Shown here: positions 39,801 through 52,045 of the stretch, piece by piece
How the letters are laid out: each line of letters starts with the position of its first letter
Position numbering within the stretch: the stretch's first letter is position 1
Source of the DNA: Marsupella aquatica
Lineage: Eukaryota; Plantae; Marchantiophyta
Direction: 5' to 3'
Assembly: GCA_973895155.1 (NCBI GenBank)
Contig: OZ316894.1
Span: forward strand, 18,072,563 to 18,136,562
Length of the DNA stretch: 64,000 bases
Translations under genes and position numbers: made by a program
Notes under the pieces: generated by a model
What the model was told of the DNA's origin: nothing
The model's database searches: none
Seen by the model: only the letters and a program-made list of their open reading frames with translations

Positions 39801-42800
39801 AGATTGCATTTAATTTCTAACATATGGTTGTTAGAGTTCTCATCTAACAGAACAGGTAGTTTTTACTTAGCTACTAGTAAGCCTCTTGGTCAAGGGGCTC
39901 TAAAACCATAGCAGTACGTTTGTCTAATATTCCCATGTAACCATCCAAACTTCTTCAATGCTTAGATCTGTTTCCATCATCTTGTGATATTCTAGTCCAA
40001 TTCATCACGGTCATCTTCTTCTTATAATCTAATCAGTGCAAAAAGCGCTAAGAACTCACTGAATTGTATAAAAAACAAAATCTGGGAAGGAGATCAGGTG
40101 GTGACTCCTTCCCTGCCCTAGGAGGGTACATTTTGCCACAACTTATTGGGCAACGAACCCATTGATCAAATAAAATTCTTGCAAATTTAGTCATAACATC
40201 TTGTGTTACTTTCATTGTATGAGGCTTGTTCATAAAGTCCATGAGCGTGCCTTTTCGTATAGGTTTCATGAAAAGTATCCTGATCGTAATGTACCTTAAC
40301 TAGACATGGTGATGCAACTTTCCTGTGCCGAACAACAAAAACAGCAACATAAATCAATCAAATTTATGTTTCTTCGCAAATATGTTTGGCAACCAAAATC
40401 GGACCAAAAGCTTCTTTGAAACTTTTCCAGAGTGAACCACTCATGCAAAACATGTATTACGCAAAAGCTTTGAATAAACAATTCAACTTCACTATACTGT
40501 ATTAGGGGACGCTGCTTTTGCTCTTTGGTCCAACTGGATTCTTCCCTTTATTGGGTCTTTGAGATCCTGTCCGTTTGGCTCTTTTTGCTATGTAGCACTG
40601 AAAAATTAAAAACAAACTCCCCTTTAAGAGTAGATCTATTGTCTCCTGGTTCAGTGCACTTTGCTCCTTGGCACTGAACAATAAAAAGTGTTTCACTGTA
40701 AGAAGGAATTTTGTTTTGTTTCATCTTGATGTTTCGTCTACGTTTAACAGTCCGTGGAGTGTCTCACAATGGAGTACTTAGTAAACCCAACCTGCGTTTT
40801 GGTGAGTTAGGATCTTTTAAATCCTCACTAGCCATATAAAAGTGGGAAGTGTCCAAGACCTTTCCCTTTTTCACATTGCACTCATTCTTTTCCACTCATG
40901 TGGGTATTATTCATGGAGAAACCTCATAGATCCAGGTTTTGTCATGGCTAGTGGTGTTTTTAGGGAGAGGTATATGCTCCATGAGACCCCAAGACAAAAA
41001 AGTGTCACTTGATAAGACCTCTGAGATTTGGGTATGTTGATTTGAGATTTATCACTGTCAATCAACAGTCAGGATCTCCTGATCACTCAAGGTTATTATC
41101 AAATAACACTTTTCATTTGGGGGTCCCATGGGAAGTGTGTTAAGGAACCCAGAAAACCCTTTTTTGGGGGGGGCTTAATATACTTTTCTGAGTTTCATTC
41201 CTCTACATTCACACAATAATTCTATTTCTATTTGTCCACTTCAGAAATTCACAAAAAATCGCCCCAAAATGGGAAAGAAAAAAAAAAGACTCGTTGTGAG
41301 AGAGGACAATCGGAAATCCCGCATCTTTGCTTTTGCACAAGGAGACATGCACAGAGTGAATCCCACTCTAGCAGTCTAGTGTGTAGCGTTTGCAGGAGCC
41401 CAATAGTCTAATTATTTATTGGCTCCAAACGCCACCGAACTGCATACGACTACCCACTCCTCTCCACTGGGGCCAGACCCAATCTTGTCCGAGTGCTCTC
41501 GTTCCTTGTCCCAGTTAGATCGATCGAGAGAGCATCGACCAAAGCTGGCGGCAGATTATTGGAACCATAATTTCGATCCCCTGCATGTGAACTGTTACTT
41601 TTTGGCTGGTCCTGGACTCTGGAGCGTCCTAGGCTGACTTCAGTACCAGTGCGTCAGTTGATTGATGCTGGTCATGGCTCAAGAGAGACTGAGAAAAACA
41701 ACTTTATTTTACTCTCTTTTGGGGGCTACACAAAGTACTTCACTGTCACTCACACCTCACACCTAGGACGTCCTTTTTTTCTTCTAAATTTCTCTTCTTC
41801 TGACTGTCCACTCTCGAGTAGTGGAGCAGCCAGTCTTGACCTTTCTACTCTGCCATTTCAGAAAGCAACAACAACAACAAAAAGCTACAGTAATCTCGAC
41901 GGCAGTGTGAACTGTGGACTTGCTTTCCGATTCCCAAAACCAGGACAACGAAGTGAAGCTACTGTTGATTTGTTGTTCTGTTATCGTCGGATGGGCAATA
42001 AAATGGCTCTGTTAGGAAAAGGAAAAAAAGCTTAATAGTCCTGACCTGCCTTCCATCTCTTGACTGTCCGCCTTCCTCAATTTCAGGTGCTTTCTGTTCT
42101 CCTCTTCGATGACATCCCACGGATTCTTTAGTTAAACTACTTTCCTTCTCTTCTCCCCCTTTTTTTGGCCCTGTGGAATGATTTTGCATGAATGATTATT
42201 CATGATTTTGCATGAATGATTTTGCATGAATCCCACTCAGAGAAGAGAGCAGTGTGTGCAACTGGGGAAGCTCGCAGACCGAGGAGATAAGGTTATTACC
42301 TCCTCCGGTGTTGGGGCATTTGGCTTTGGTGGAGGCATCATTCAATAATGTTGCCCGTCTTTTCCCAGCTGGTTCGCAAGAAACAATGCGGGCAGCGATG
42401 ACTGGGACGAGCGAAGAGTTGATCACCCTTTGACCTCACACAGTTTCTAGTGCAGTTCTGCTGCTGCTTTGGTCTGTGCGTCACTTCAGCCAGCTCTTGC
42501 CTTTACCAAGGCAGAAAGCAAGGTATTCTGCGTACACGTACTGCACCGCACTGCCAGGCATCTTCCGAATCCCATCGTTTTGTGTCTTTGAACGGGTTGT
42601 CGTCTCCGTGTCCGTGTATCCCCGGATCTTCTCCTCTGCTTCTTTCCACCTGAGGAGACCGTATGGGGCGAAGAGAGGAGATGAGCGCGTTCTCATCAGA
42701 AGTCAAGCACGAGATTCACTCTTCAAGTTACGAGAAAAACGGCCGTCCGAATCATCGTTTCTGTTGTCTTCTATGACAGCTCGACCGATTCTTCCGTTCG

Positions 42801-43493
42801 GCCTTCAGAGTTATGCACGCGGCACCACCGTTTCACACGGACGGAAAGGAAAATTTTTGGGCATCGTTTCGCAGCAGACCATGATCGTCATCTGTACAGC
42901 CTGGCTAGCAATTTGGAGGGGAGCGTTCTCCTCCTTTTTTCGTAGAGGAGACATCAATCACCCGCTATTTTAAGCCCAGTAAATCCCTGGATTTCAGGCA
43001 TCGTGGAGGTAATATATCTCCTCCGAGGATTTCAATTACATTCCTCCCGGGAAACGCGTCCACTCAGGGTCTGGATGTATACTCTCGACAGCCGCAATTT
43101 CTTGGTCAGACTCATAAAGTGTTCCCCCAGCATTGTTTAGTATCGTTCCTCTTGCCCTCCGTGACACTACTCTTTCGTACCTTCGATTCGTGTTCGTGTA
43201 TCCTGTCTATGTGGGATTGTGGGAGACTTGTGAGGACTCTGAGGCATGAGGATTCCATTCTAGACGCTTGGCGACCGAATATGAAAGACGAGTTCAATAG
43301 TTTTTTAAGCTAGAATCGAGACGGATTCAAATGAAAGGCGAAGTCTCAAAGATTGCTTTGAAGCCCCTCTCTCCATATTGGAAGAGTCGCTGATGTGTCC
43401 CACATTCTCTCTGTTGCAGTGAGCTGCCGAGATTGGTGCTTTTCAAGCTCTGCTATCATACATCCAGTGATTGAATCGTTGACTTTTCGGTCA

Positions 43494-43555
43494 TCTTGGC
43501 TTTGTCAAGGTCCAAATGTATTGTCTTGGCTCTGTCAAGGTCCAAATGTATTGTC
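43494..43555. repeat. 30-bp tandem duplication upstream of the LRR-RLK
   Basis: tcttggct(t/c)tgtcaaggtccaaatgtattg twice. Confidence 0.9.
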
Positions 43556-43849
43556 GCGCAAGTAAAGAATGACGCCGAGGTGTGGAGAAAAACACGGGAT
43601 ATAAGGGGCAGGGCGAATGAAAATGGATGAGGAATGATGGTTGAACCAAATCCGGACAGGATATTGGTTGGATGATGAAAAAATGCAGTAGATGACATTC
43701 GTCATTGAGTCGGTGACCAATGATACGCAAGCTCATCTCATATGGCAGCAGCACCAACAACAGCAGGAGCAGCAGCTGGATGAGGAGGAACAGCAATAGG
43801 CATTGCAGCAGAGGGAATGTAGAACTTGGAGGTCCTCCACTGCAGCATT

Positions 43850-46800
43850 ATGGTGCAGGAGGTGCCTCGGTTGGCAAGGTGTAACAACAGGGCGGTCATT
43901 CACTATTTCTTCATTCTCGAGGTCACCTTTCTTCTCGTCCTCAGCTCTTGTTGTTGCATTGCTGCATTCCCAAGAAGTGGTGTTGCACTTGTCGACAGTA
44001 GTATTTCTGAAAGAAGGCTTGTGGAGAGCACCCCGAACGAGTGGAGATATAGGGAGCATAACAGCTGGAGCCCGGACACCAGTGGACGATTCGGGAGGCA
44101 GATTAGAGGAGAAGAAGACCAGGCTGTATATGCTTGGCAGGCTAAGCAACAGGAGGAGGAGGCGGATGCAGTTCAGGAGGAGGAGTATGCTTTGTTCAGG
44201 TTTACAAAAGCTCAGGGTGGGGGAGAAAGAAGGGCATTGAAGTCCAACATAGACTGCAGCAACAAGTTCTTTAGTGGCCAGCAATGCGGGTCATCAGTTT
44301 CTGCAGGAGGAGCGTCAACCCTGAGAGTGTTGCGGGCAGCTGCAGTGATTTCGCCACCGGGTGCCAACTCAGAAGCTTTAGTTCTTTTAACTTGGAGGGC
44401 GAGTCTCATTGATGGGCCCAAACGTGTGCTTGCAAATTGGAACATCTCTGTGCAGCCCAACTTCTGTCGATGGCGAGGAGTGGCTTGCCGCACCGTTTTC
44501 CAACAGCGGCACGTGGTGTCGATCAATCTCGCCGGGAGCAAGATTTCAGGCTCCATCTCCCCTGCCCTCACGGGCCTACCGTTTCTCGCCACTCTCAACG
44601 TCTCCTACAACCGCCTTTCTGGGGCGATCCCGGCAGAGCTGGCGAGCATGTCGTCCCTCCAATTCGCTGACCTTCGCTTCAATCAGTTGACTGGCAGCAT
44701 TCCTGCCTTTGGCATCACTTCATCAAGTTTACAGTCACTGAACCTCATGAAAAACAAACTGTCAGGGATTGTCCCTTCGTCTCTGGGTCGTTGCAAACAA
44801 CTCACGTCGATCAATTTGGCTCATAATGTTTTGACCGGAGGCATTCCTGCGGAGTTCGGAGCGTTGACGAATTTGCAGGAGCTAATTTTGTCTCAGAATA
44901 GAATGGTCGGTGCTCTCCCTTCATCTCTTGGCAGTTGTGCTGCTCTCGTGAATATGAGCTTGGGGTGGAACGACTTCAACGGGAGCATACCAGGCGAGTA
45001 TTCCAATCTCAGAGCCCTGCAGGGCCTCTACTTAGAAAGCAATGAATTATCTGGAACTCTTCCAGCTTGGCTATCTGATCTTCCCAATCTCTCGGAGTTA
45101 TGGTTATATGATAATAGATTTCAAGGACAGATTCCGTCTCTATTGGGGAATGCCCAGCAATTGCGATCCCTGCTTCTCTCCAACAACAGTCTCGAGGGTG
45201 CCATTCCTGCGGCCTTAGTCAAAAGCCAGGGCCTATTCGAGATTGATTTGTCAGGGAATCAGCTCAACGGTTCAATTCCAGGCGATTTTGGCGTACTCAT
45301 CAAGTTGCAGCGCCTGCATCTGCAGCATAATCAACTCACGGGCACAATTCCGACGTCTATCGAGAACTGCGTGCTGCTCACAGAGCTGGACCTCTCACAT
45401 AACCAGCTGACTGGGCCTATTCCAAGTCTTGGCACTTTTCTCGTGCTGCAGACTCTTTCCCTGGATAGCAACAGGTTGAATGGCCCGATTCCAGGGTCCT
45501 TGATCAACTGTGTGAACCTCAATGTGCTAAATCTTTCCAGCAATGCTCTCACTGGATCTCTCCCAGGGAACGTCGGTCTACTGGTAAACCTGAACACTGT
45601 TGATCTTTCTGGAAACTCCTTGGGGGATCGTGTGCCAGCGCTCGGCGGTCTCGTTAGCCTCCAATCTCTGAATTTGGCCGACAACAGCTTCAATGGATCT
45701 ATCCCTAGCGACATCGGGCAATTGACCAAGCTGAGGAGTATAAATCTTTCCGGGAACTCGTTTGGGGGGCCTCTGCCGGATTTGAGCAGTCTCGTTAGCG
45801 TTCAGTACCTGAATTTGGAAAACAATACGCTTTCTGGGCCCATTCCTGCAGTCCTAGGAAATCTATTGCAGCTTCAGGTCCTAGCACTGGGAAACAACCA
45901 ATTCGTGGGTGAAATTCCATCCCAGCTCTCTCAGTTCTTTAATCTCTCGAATTTGACTCTCGAAAACAACCGCTTAAATGGCAGCATTCCGGACTCCCTA
46001 GGGGCGCTTCGGTCACTCACGGTGTTGCATCTTCAGGGAAACATGCTGTCCGGACCAATTCCGTCGAGCTTCAACAATTTCACTATGTTGCAAGATTTCG
46101 ACATCTCAAGGAACGAGCTCACTGGAGAAATCAGTGCAACTCTGCTTACTACCCTCTCCCACCTCCAAGGCGGTTTCTCCGTGGCAGACAATCGCCTGAT
46201 TGGTCCTGTGCCTAAGGAGTTGGGGCTGCTGCCGATGGTGCAAACGATTGACCTATCTGGGAATCACTTTTCTGACAGTATCCCTGATGAGATTGGCAAC
46301 TGCACAAATTTAGTGCGTCTCAGACTGGCGGAGAATAAGATAACGGGGATGATTCCAACGACCATAGGCCAGCTCTCTGCTTTGAAGGTATTGAATCTCT
46401 CTCATAACGGTCTCAATGGCTCTATACCAGCAGCTCCAGTAGGGGCCCTGAAGGAGCTTGTCGAGCTGGATCTCACGGCCAACCACTTATCTGGAGAGAT
46501 TCCATTGTCTCTCACATATTTGTCAAACCTTGCTTTCCTCAATGTGTCGTACAATGACTTGCAAGGGCCCGTTCCAGACACTGGTGCTCTCCGAAAATTT
46601 TCTGCCTCGTCATATTTGGGGAATCCTGGTCTTTGTGGGCCAATTGTGAACAGGCTTTGCATTGGCAGTAGCAGCCCCAGCCCCTCAACCCCAGCGAATG
46701 GGCAGAGTTCTCTGACGACGGCAGCGAAGGTGGGCATAGGTGTTGGTGTCGCTTGTACTGTTGCTCTGCTTGGAGCGGTTGGGTTTATCGTGTGGTGGTT

Positions 46801-47972
46801 GGCACCATTTGGGCGAACCGATCGGAAGAGGGGAAGTATCATACAGAGGAGCGAGCTTTTTTACCCGCAACTGAGGTTTACTGTTCAAGATTTGAAGCAC
46901 GCAACGGAGGACTTTTCGGACGTCAACCTTCTTGGTACAGGCTCGCTGAGCATGGTGTACAGAGGTGTTCTTCCTGAACTAGTACTCGTTGCTGTGAAGA
47001 AGCTAAAGGTACCTAATGGCAATTCAATCTCGCCTGAGTTCCTCCAAGAGCTGGATGAGCTGGGGAAATTGAGACACCGCCATCTGGTTGCCATCTTGGG
47101 CTACTGTTTCGAGACAGAGATGAACGCCCTCGTGGTCCAATTCATGTCCAATGGCAGCTTGGAGGAGCATCTCCACAAGGGGCCAACGTGTGATCTTGAT
47201 TGGCCAACTCGTGCTAACGTTGCCACAGGCGTCGCTAAAGGTTTGACTTACTTGCATCATGATTGCGGCACACCAATTGTGCATTGTGATTTGAAGCCTT
47301 CCAATGTCCTACTTGACCAGGAGTTCGAAGGTCACTTAGAAGACTTTGGACTCTCGAGATTGATATTTGCCCACAAGCTGATGGACATGACAGACTCGTC
47401 CGTGGGTAGCTCAATTGGCTACTTTCCTCCAGGTATCATCAAACGCTGTCCATTTGCTACCATCTGACTTAGTTTTTGTTTGCTTTGTCGTTTGTTTTGT
47501 CTGGCTTCCTGTGTTTCGTGGTTTGTTTTCAGGTAGCAAACAAAGCAACGAAAAACCTGGGTAGCGTGTTCCTAAATTCTCACCAAATTTTAGCTAGAAG
47601 TCTACGCTTGAGATGGCAGCAATCAAAGTACCATTCTGACATGCCGTTCGTCTTGTTCGTCTTTCAGAATACGCCATGTCCCCTACAGTTTCTCCAAAAG
47701 GAGATGTGTACAGTTTCGGAATTCTTTTATTGGAGTTGCTCACCGGCAAGAAGCCCACTCTTGACATGTTTAAGGACGGGACGTCTATAATAAGTTGGTG
47801 CCAAGCTTCATTCCCTAATAAGATTTTGGATGTCCTGGACCCAACTCTCGTTGGATCAAAGGAAACAAACCAGAAGCAGGCGACTCTCTTCATGAAAGTT
47901 GCTCTCATGTGCACCAACAATGCTCCAGAGGAGCGCCCTACGATGAAGATGGTCCTGGACATGCTGCGGTGA
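43850..47972 (+). CDS. LRR receptor-like kinase, non-RD, FLS2/LRR-XII-like; 2 exons (43850-47432, 47668-47972), ~1295 aa, ~29 LRRs
   Basis: Hydrophobic signal region, LRR N-cap (EALVLLTWRASL...FCRWRGVAC), ~29 plant LRRs, C-cap GNPGLCG, TM helix (VGIGVGVACTVALLGAVGFIVWWL), and kinase with GTGSLSMVYRG, VAVKK, HCDLKPSN (non-RD), DFG and GYFPP|EY. A GT-AG intron sits at 47433-47667, the usual kinase position. First in-frame ATG is at 43850. Confidence 0.95.
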
Positions 47973-50109
47973 GGGTTCCCGAAAGTTTTTTCTTGATTCT
48001 TTGGCCCGAAGCAATCCTTCTCTTCGAAGCATCTACTGGCACAGTGCTTGCACTCGGCAAGAGCTGGTGTGGGCTAGAGCTCCTTACGTATGCTGAGGGC
48101 AGTGCTTCGTTCTGGCAGTGGTGCTCATCAATCTGACACGAGCTGAAAAGTGAATTTCTGAACGTTATCTACCGCCAAATGCGAACCTCGATATGTGCTT
48201 GCCCTCTTCCAATTTTGCCACTGGATGACCTAGTTTTTCGCTGAGCATGGCTGAAGGGACCTCATCATTTTGAAATGGTTCACTAAATCCGTCATGCTAC
48301 GCAACGAATGCTATGAGAGAGAGTTCAGACTTACCGAAACCTTCATTGTATTTGTAGCGTTGAGATTTATGTTTGTTATCACGATTTGCCTCCATTGTAA
48401 TGGAGGGTGAGATTTGATAGTGTTTTCGAGCTCATTGTTCTGCAGGAAATATTCTCTCCGAAAAAGAGCAGTAGCATCAATTTGTAAAATTAGATTTGTA
48501 ACTACGATAGGCAATCTCGCCTCCTAAATTGTGGAGGATACAGAAATTTGAAACAGTTTGAAGGTCAAGTGAGTTTTCCGTAATCTGCAAAAGGATCCAC
48601 CGAGGACAACAGATTCTATTCTTTGTATAGTGGGCTACCCCAGCTCTTGGCCATATAGCGGACAAAGCTATGACACAGAGAAGAAATCACGGGAAACAGA
48701 GAGGGGAAAGAGAGAGGAGGTAACCAAGCTTGCCGTCCAGTTGTGTATAGCTGGGGGTATTCATGATTGAAACCATAACCAGATGGTGATACTGTTTTGA
48801 AAAGAAAAGAAAAGTAGGAATTGTCTCGCAACTGTTCAGTCTGTATTGTCATGGATGGTCCACATATTGTATTTCTATATCTGATTTTTTGGGGTCTCAG
48901 ACTATTGTAGTAGTTTGGACCGCAAACTTTTAAACTGTAATACTTTGCTGTCATCTCAAAGACGAGTCTAAAAGTTGGTGAATACATTCCTGCGTAATCA
49001 ATCACCTCAGTTTGTTTTCCAAGAAAGAAATTCTTTCTGTCCACTTTAATTGATATTAAGCCCTGTTAACCTCTTCATCTGCATTGTGTCGCGTACTCTC
49101 TAGACTTTCCCGACCTGCAAACAAAAGAGGAGTGCTATGTCGTCGAGGTTCCATCACTGAGTGATAATCTTCGTTTGTTCGCATCAGTTCCTTCTACTGG
49201 TAATCTGTAGGCCATTCTATGGACTTTTTGAAGCATGGTAATTCTGAAAACCATGAAGGACGCGGGCATTTTCATGAGATTGTCATGAGATTTCATTTTA
49301 AAAGAAAGAGTATTTAGATGGAATTGGATTCTTGTTATCCTATTGGGAACGCATCTTCCCCGATTATCTGTCAAAGGCATGGAGTACTAGACACTAGTGT
49401 CGACTTTCAAGTTGAAGCTCCAATTAACCACCCCCAAAACTCTTATGGCTGAACACACGCCCAAATTTAGAGGCTTGACTTTCAATCTACAATTCGGTAC
49501 TCAGTGCTCTCCCACTCCCCCGATTGAAGTAGACTGCGTTAACTCTTTTGAGCGAGACCAATAAGACACGGACACAAAAAGATGATGGAAAGCTGGAGAA
49601 AAAGAAGAAGTTCGGAACTCCAGCTTTGAGAGACATGAACTTTATGTACGTGATCTCTTAGAAATTCCAATTGACATTATCAAACTACATCACTGAACCA
49701 AAAGAGCTTTTGGACCATCTGCCCTGCATGACTCAGTCATAGGTTTTTAGACAGCTCCAACAACAAAACTTGGGAAACTGGACACGATCAGAGGGAGCTG
49801 TTCAGAAAGAGTCTCCTGGGAAAAGTTGCTACATTCCATTTCGTGACAATTGACGAAATGGTTGTCTAGTGTGCAGAGCACTCCAGACATTCGACAATCT
49901 TTTCAAAAGGCCTCTGACTAGGCGGAAGTGACAACACACAACTTTGTAAGAATACTTCAAATGAGAAGATTGTTCCAGCGTACGGGAAAGTGCCCAAACA
50001 GCTCCCAATTGACCCAATTGCTAAAATTGTGTAAAGAATCTGGTGCCTTGTACTCTTACTGTACCTCGGAACGGGCCCTTAGTTGTGATTTGATAACTCA
50101 ATCAATGAA

Positions 50110-50340
50110 CTCATATATATATCAAAGTGCGAAAGGTCAAAACACCAAACTGGGAGACAGGTCCCAAAGGCAAAGCAACCCAATAAAAGGACAAAAACAC
50201 CAAACTCAGAGACAGGGTCGCAAAGGCAAAACAACCCAATAAAGGGAAGTAAACAAAAGAGGGAAGGGCCCCAAGAAGACCCTAGAGGTCCAACAAGGCA
50301 AGGAGACCCAATCAATGACACCAGACCCAATCAATGAACT
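50110..50340 (-). repeat. Dispersed repeat related to the 23.7-kb array; other degenerate members at ~32050-32320 and ~40505-40600
   Basis: Reverse-orientation shared motifs: atatatatcaaag, ggtcccaaaggcaaagcaacccaataaaagg and acccaataaaggg here correspond to cctttattgggttgctttgccattgggacc and tttgatatata in the 23.7-kb units. Confidence 0.65.
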
Positions 50341-51227
50341 CTGCCTCAGACAAATTTGTCTTTTATTAACACACCAAGCTTTTTTATAGTTTGTCCCACA
50401 TTTATACTCCTACACTGTTTACCCTAGTTACTGACACTTATTGTTTAACTCGCATAAATTGAAATTGCTCAAAATAGTCCTACTAACACTAACTCTGTGT
50501 AACAATTGTAATTGTGAGTAATTCAATTAGTGTTACCAATAACACTAATTTCTGGAAATCAACTCACATTATTTGTGGTGTGAGTATTTATATAGAAAAT
50601 GTTCCATGAAGCTCAAGTTAGGTGTAGTCATACTGTTTGGTGGTGAAAAATGTGAAATGTTATGGAAAACAGGATTTTTTGGACAGTAGCATAGGCAAAG
50701 AATACATCAAATCAAACGATCATGACTAAACCACTACACTCAGATAAATCACATTCATCAATTCTTCTGCTATGTGTTTTCATAGGAATCACTGGGTTTA
50801 GTGCTGTCAGTGTTAGTATGTTCCATAACTAGCATTATTTGAGATCCAAAACCCCTCTACTTGCATGTTGGTGTTAGTCACACTATTTCCCTTGTAACAC
50901 TAACTACAGTAAACAATGTATATCCTTTGCAAAGCAGCCAAGTGTCCACACAGAAAGAGTTGTCATGAATTGGGTCAGGTGGCTGTCTAAGAGATAACTT
51001 TCTTGTCTCGGCAATAGAGATGAGGCAGAGAAGTGAAGATGGAGCAGAGCAAAAGAAAGGAAAGGGAAGTAAACAGAAGGCGTTGGAGATTTAAGGCTAT
51101 GGGTCTCTGCAAAGTCAATTATGGTTGTCCTCGCCCACTGCTGGACTGCTGCTACCCAAACCATGCCAAATGATGTGAAGTTAAATACCACGAAATTCTG
51201 AAACTTTCAACAGCATCGACCTCGCTA

Positions 51228-51308
51228 GGAAATTGAACCTGGACCCTCTCGTCTACAGGGTAGTGCTCTACCACTTGCTCTACCACCTCCACCACTGAGC
51301 TACATGCC
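51228..51308 (-). mobile_element. tRNA-derived SINE head or tRNA pseudogene
   Basis: Reverse complement reads GGCATGTAGCTCAGTGG...GTGGTAGAGCAC...GAGGGTCCAGGTTCAATTTCC, i.e. A-box and B-box, with the D-arm segment duplicated and no intact cloverleaf. Confidence 0.65.
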
Positions 51309-51533
51309 GTTCATGCCTGCGCCATAATCTGTTCAACTGTGGCTCATTTCAGCACCCTTCCTTGAGCCACACTGGCTTCAAGAGAAATTAGGATACTTTG
51401 GCTCCATACTATATTGGAACTTTCAATAATATGGATCCCCTAAGAATTGAACCTGGGACCACCCCCTTCAACAGAAATTCATATTCTTGGCTCCATACTA
51501 TGTTGCAACTTTCAATAACATGATAACATGGTT

Positions 51534-51600
51534 GGGCTTGGAATTGAACCTAGGACCCTCCCATGTACATGCTAGTGCTCTACCTGTGAGTTACTTGCCC
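51534..51600 (-). mobile_element. Second tRNA-derived SINE-like head; a partial B-box copy lies at ~51443-51460
   Basis: Reverse complement GGGCAAGTAACTCACAGGTAGAGCACTAGCATGTACATGGGAGGGTCCTAGGTTCAATTCCAAGCCC is similar to the 51228-51308 copy. Confidence 0.6.
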
Positions 51601-51627
51601 TTTGTGCTTGCACCATGTCTAGTTCGG

Positions 51628-51985
51628 GTGTGGTTCATTTCCAACCAGTTCAACAAGATTGGTTTGCTGCACTGCGGTTCATTTCCAACCCGTTCAACAA
51701 CTATGGTATGGTGCGCTGTGGTTCATTTCCAACCCGTTGCACAACTATGGTATGGTGCACTGTGGTTTATTTCCAAACCCGTTGTACAACTATGGTATGG
51801 TACACTGTGGTTCATTTCCAACCCTTACAACAACTAATGGTATGGTGCACTGTGGTTCATCTCCAACCAGTTCAACAACTATGGTATGGTGCACTATGGT
51901 TCATTTCCAACCTGTTCAACAACTATGGTATGGTGCACTGTGGTTCATTTCCAACCTGTGCAACAACTATGGTATGGTGCACTGG
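51628..51985. repeat. Minisatellite, ~44-bp unit x~8, directly upstream of RPL4
   Basis: Consensus aactatggtatggtgcactgtggttcatttccaacctgttcaac; ctatggtatgg at ~51701, 51745, 51790, 51879, 51923 and 51967. Confidence 0.95.
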
Positions 51986-52045
51986 TAGACTGTCGAGGAT
52001 TCGTCTCGCTGAATCGTTTGGAGTGGAATTGGAGAGGAAGCAGCT

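Noticed and set aside
40048-40481. Coding-like minus-strand fragments
   Set aside because: Interrupted and without an identifiable domain; possibly a decayed TE, but unsupported.
41419-43313. Several ORFs upstream of the RLK
   Set aside because: No recognisable domains and overlapping on both strands; more likely promoter, long 5' leader or intron.
51228-51600. Functional tRNA genes
   Set aside because: A/B boxes are present, but the anticodon and acceptor stems do not pair properly and the D-arm segment is duplicated.
51628-51985. Regular repeat array resembling CRISPR
   Set aside because: Units are contiguous with no unique spacers, there are no cas genes, and the context is eukaryotic; it is a minisatellite.
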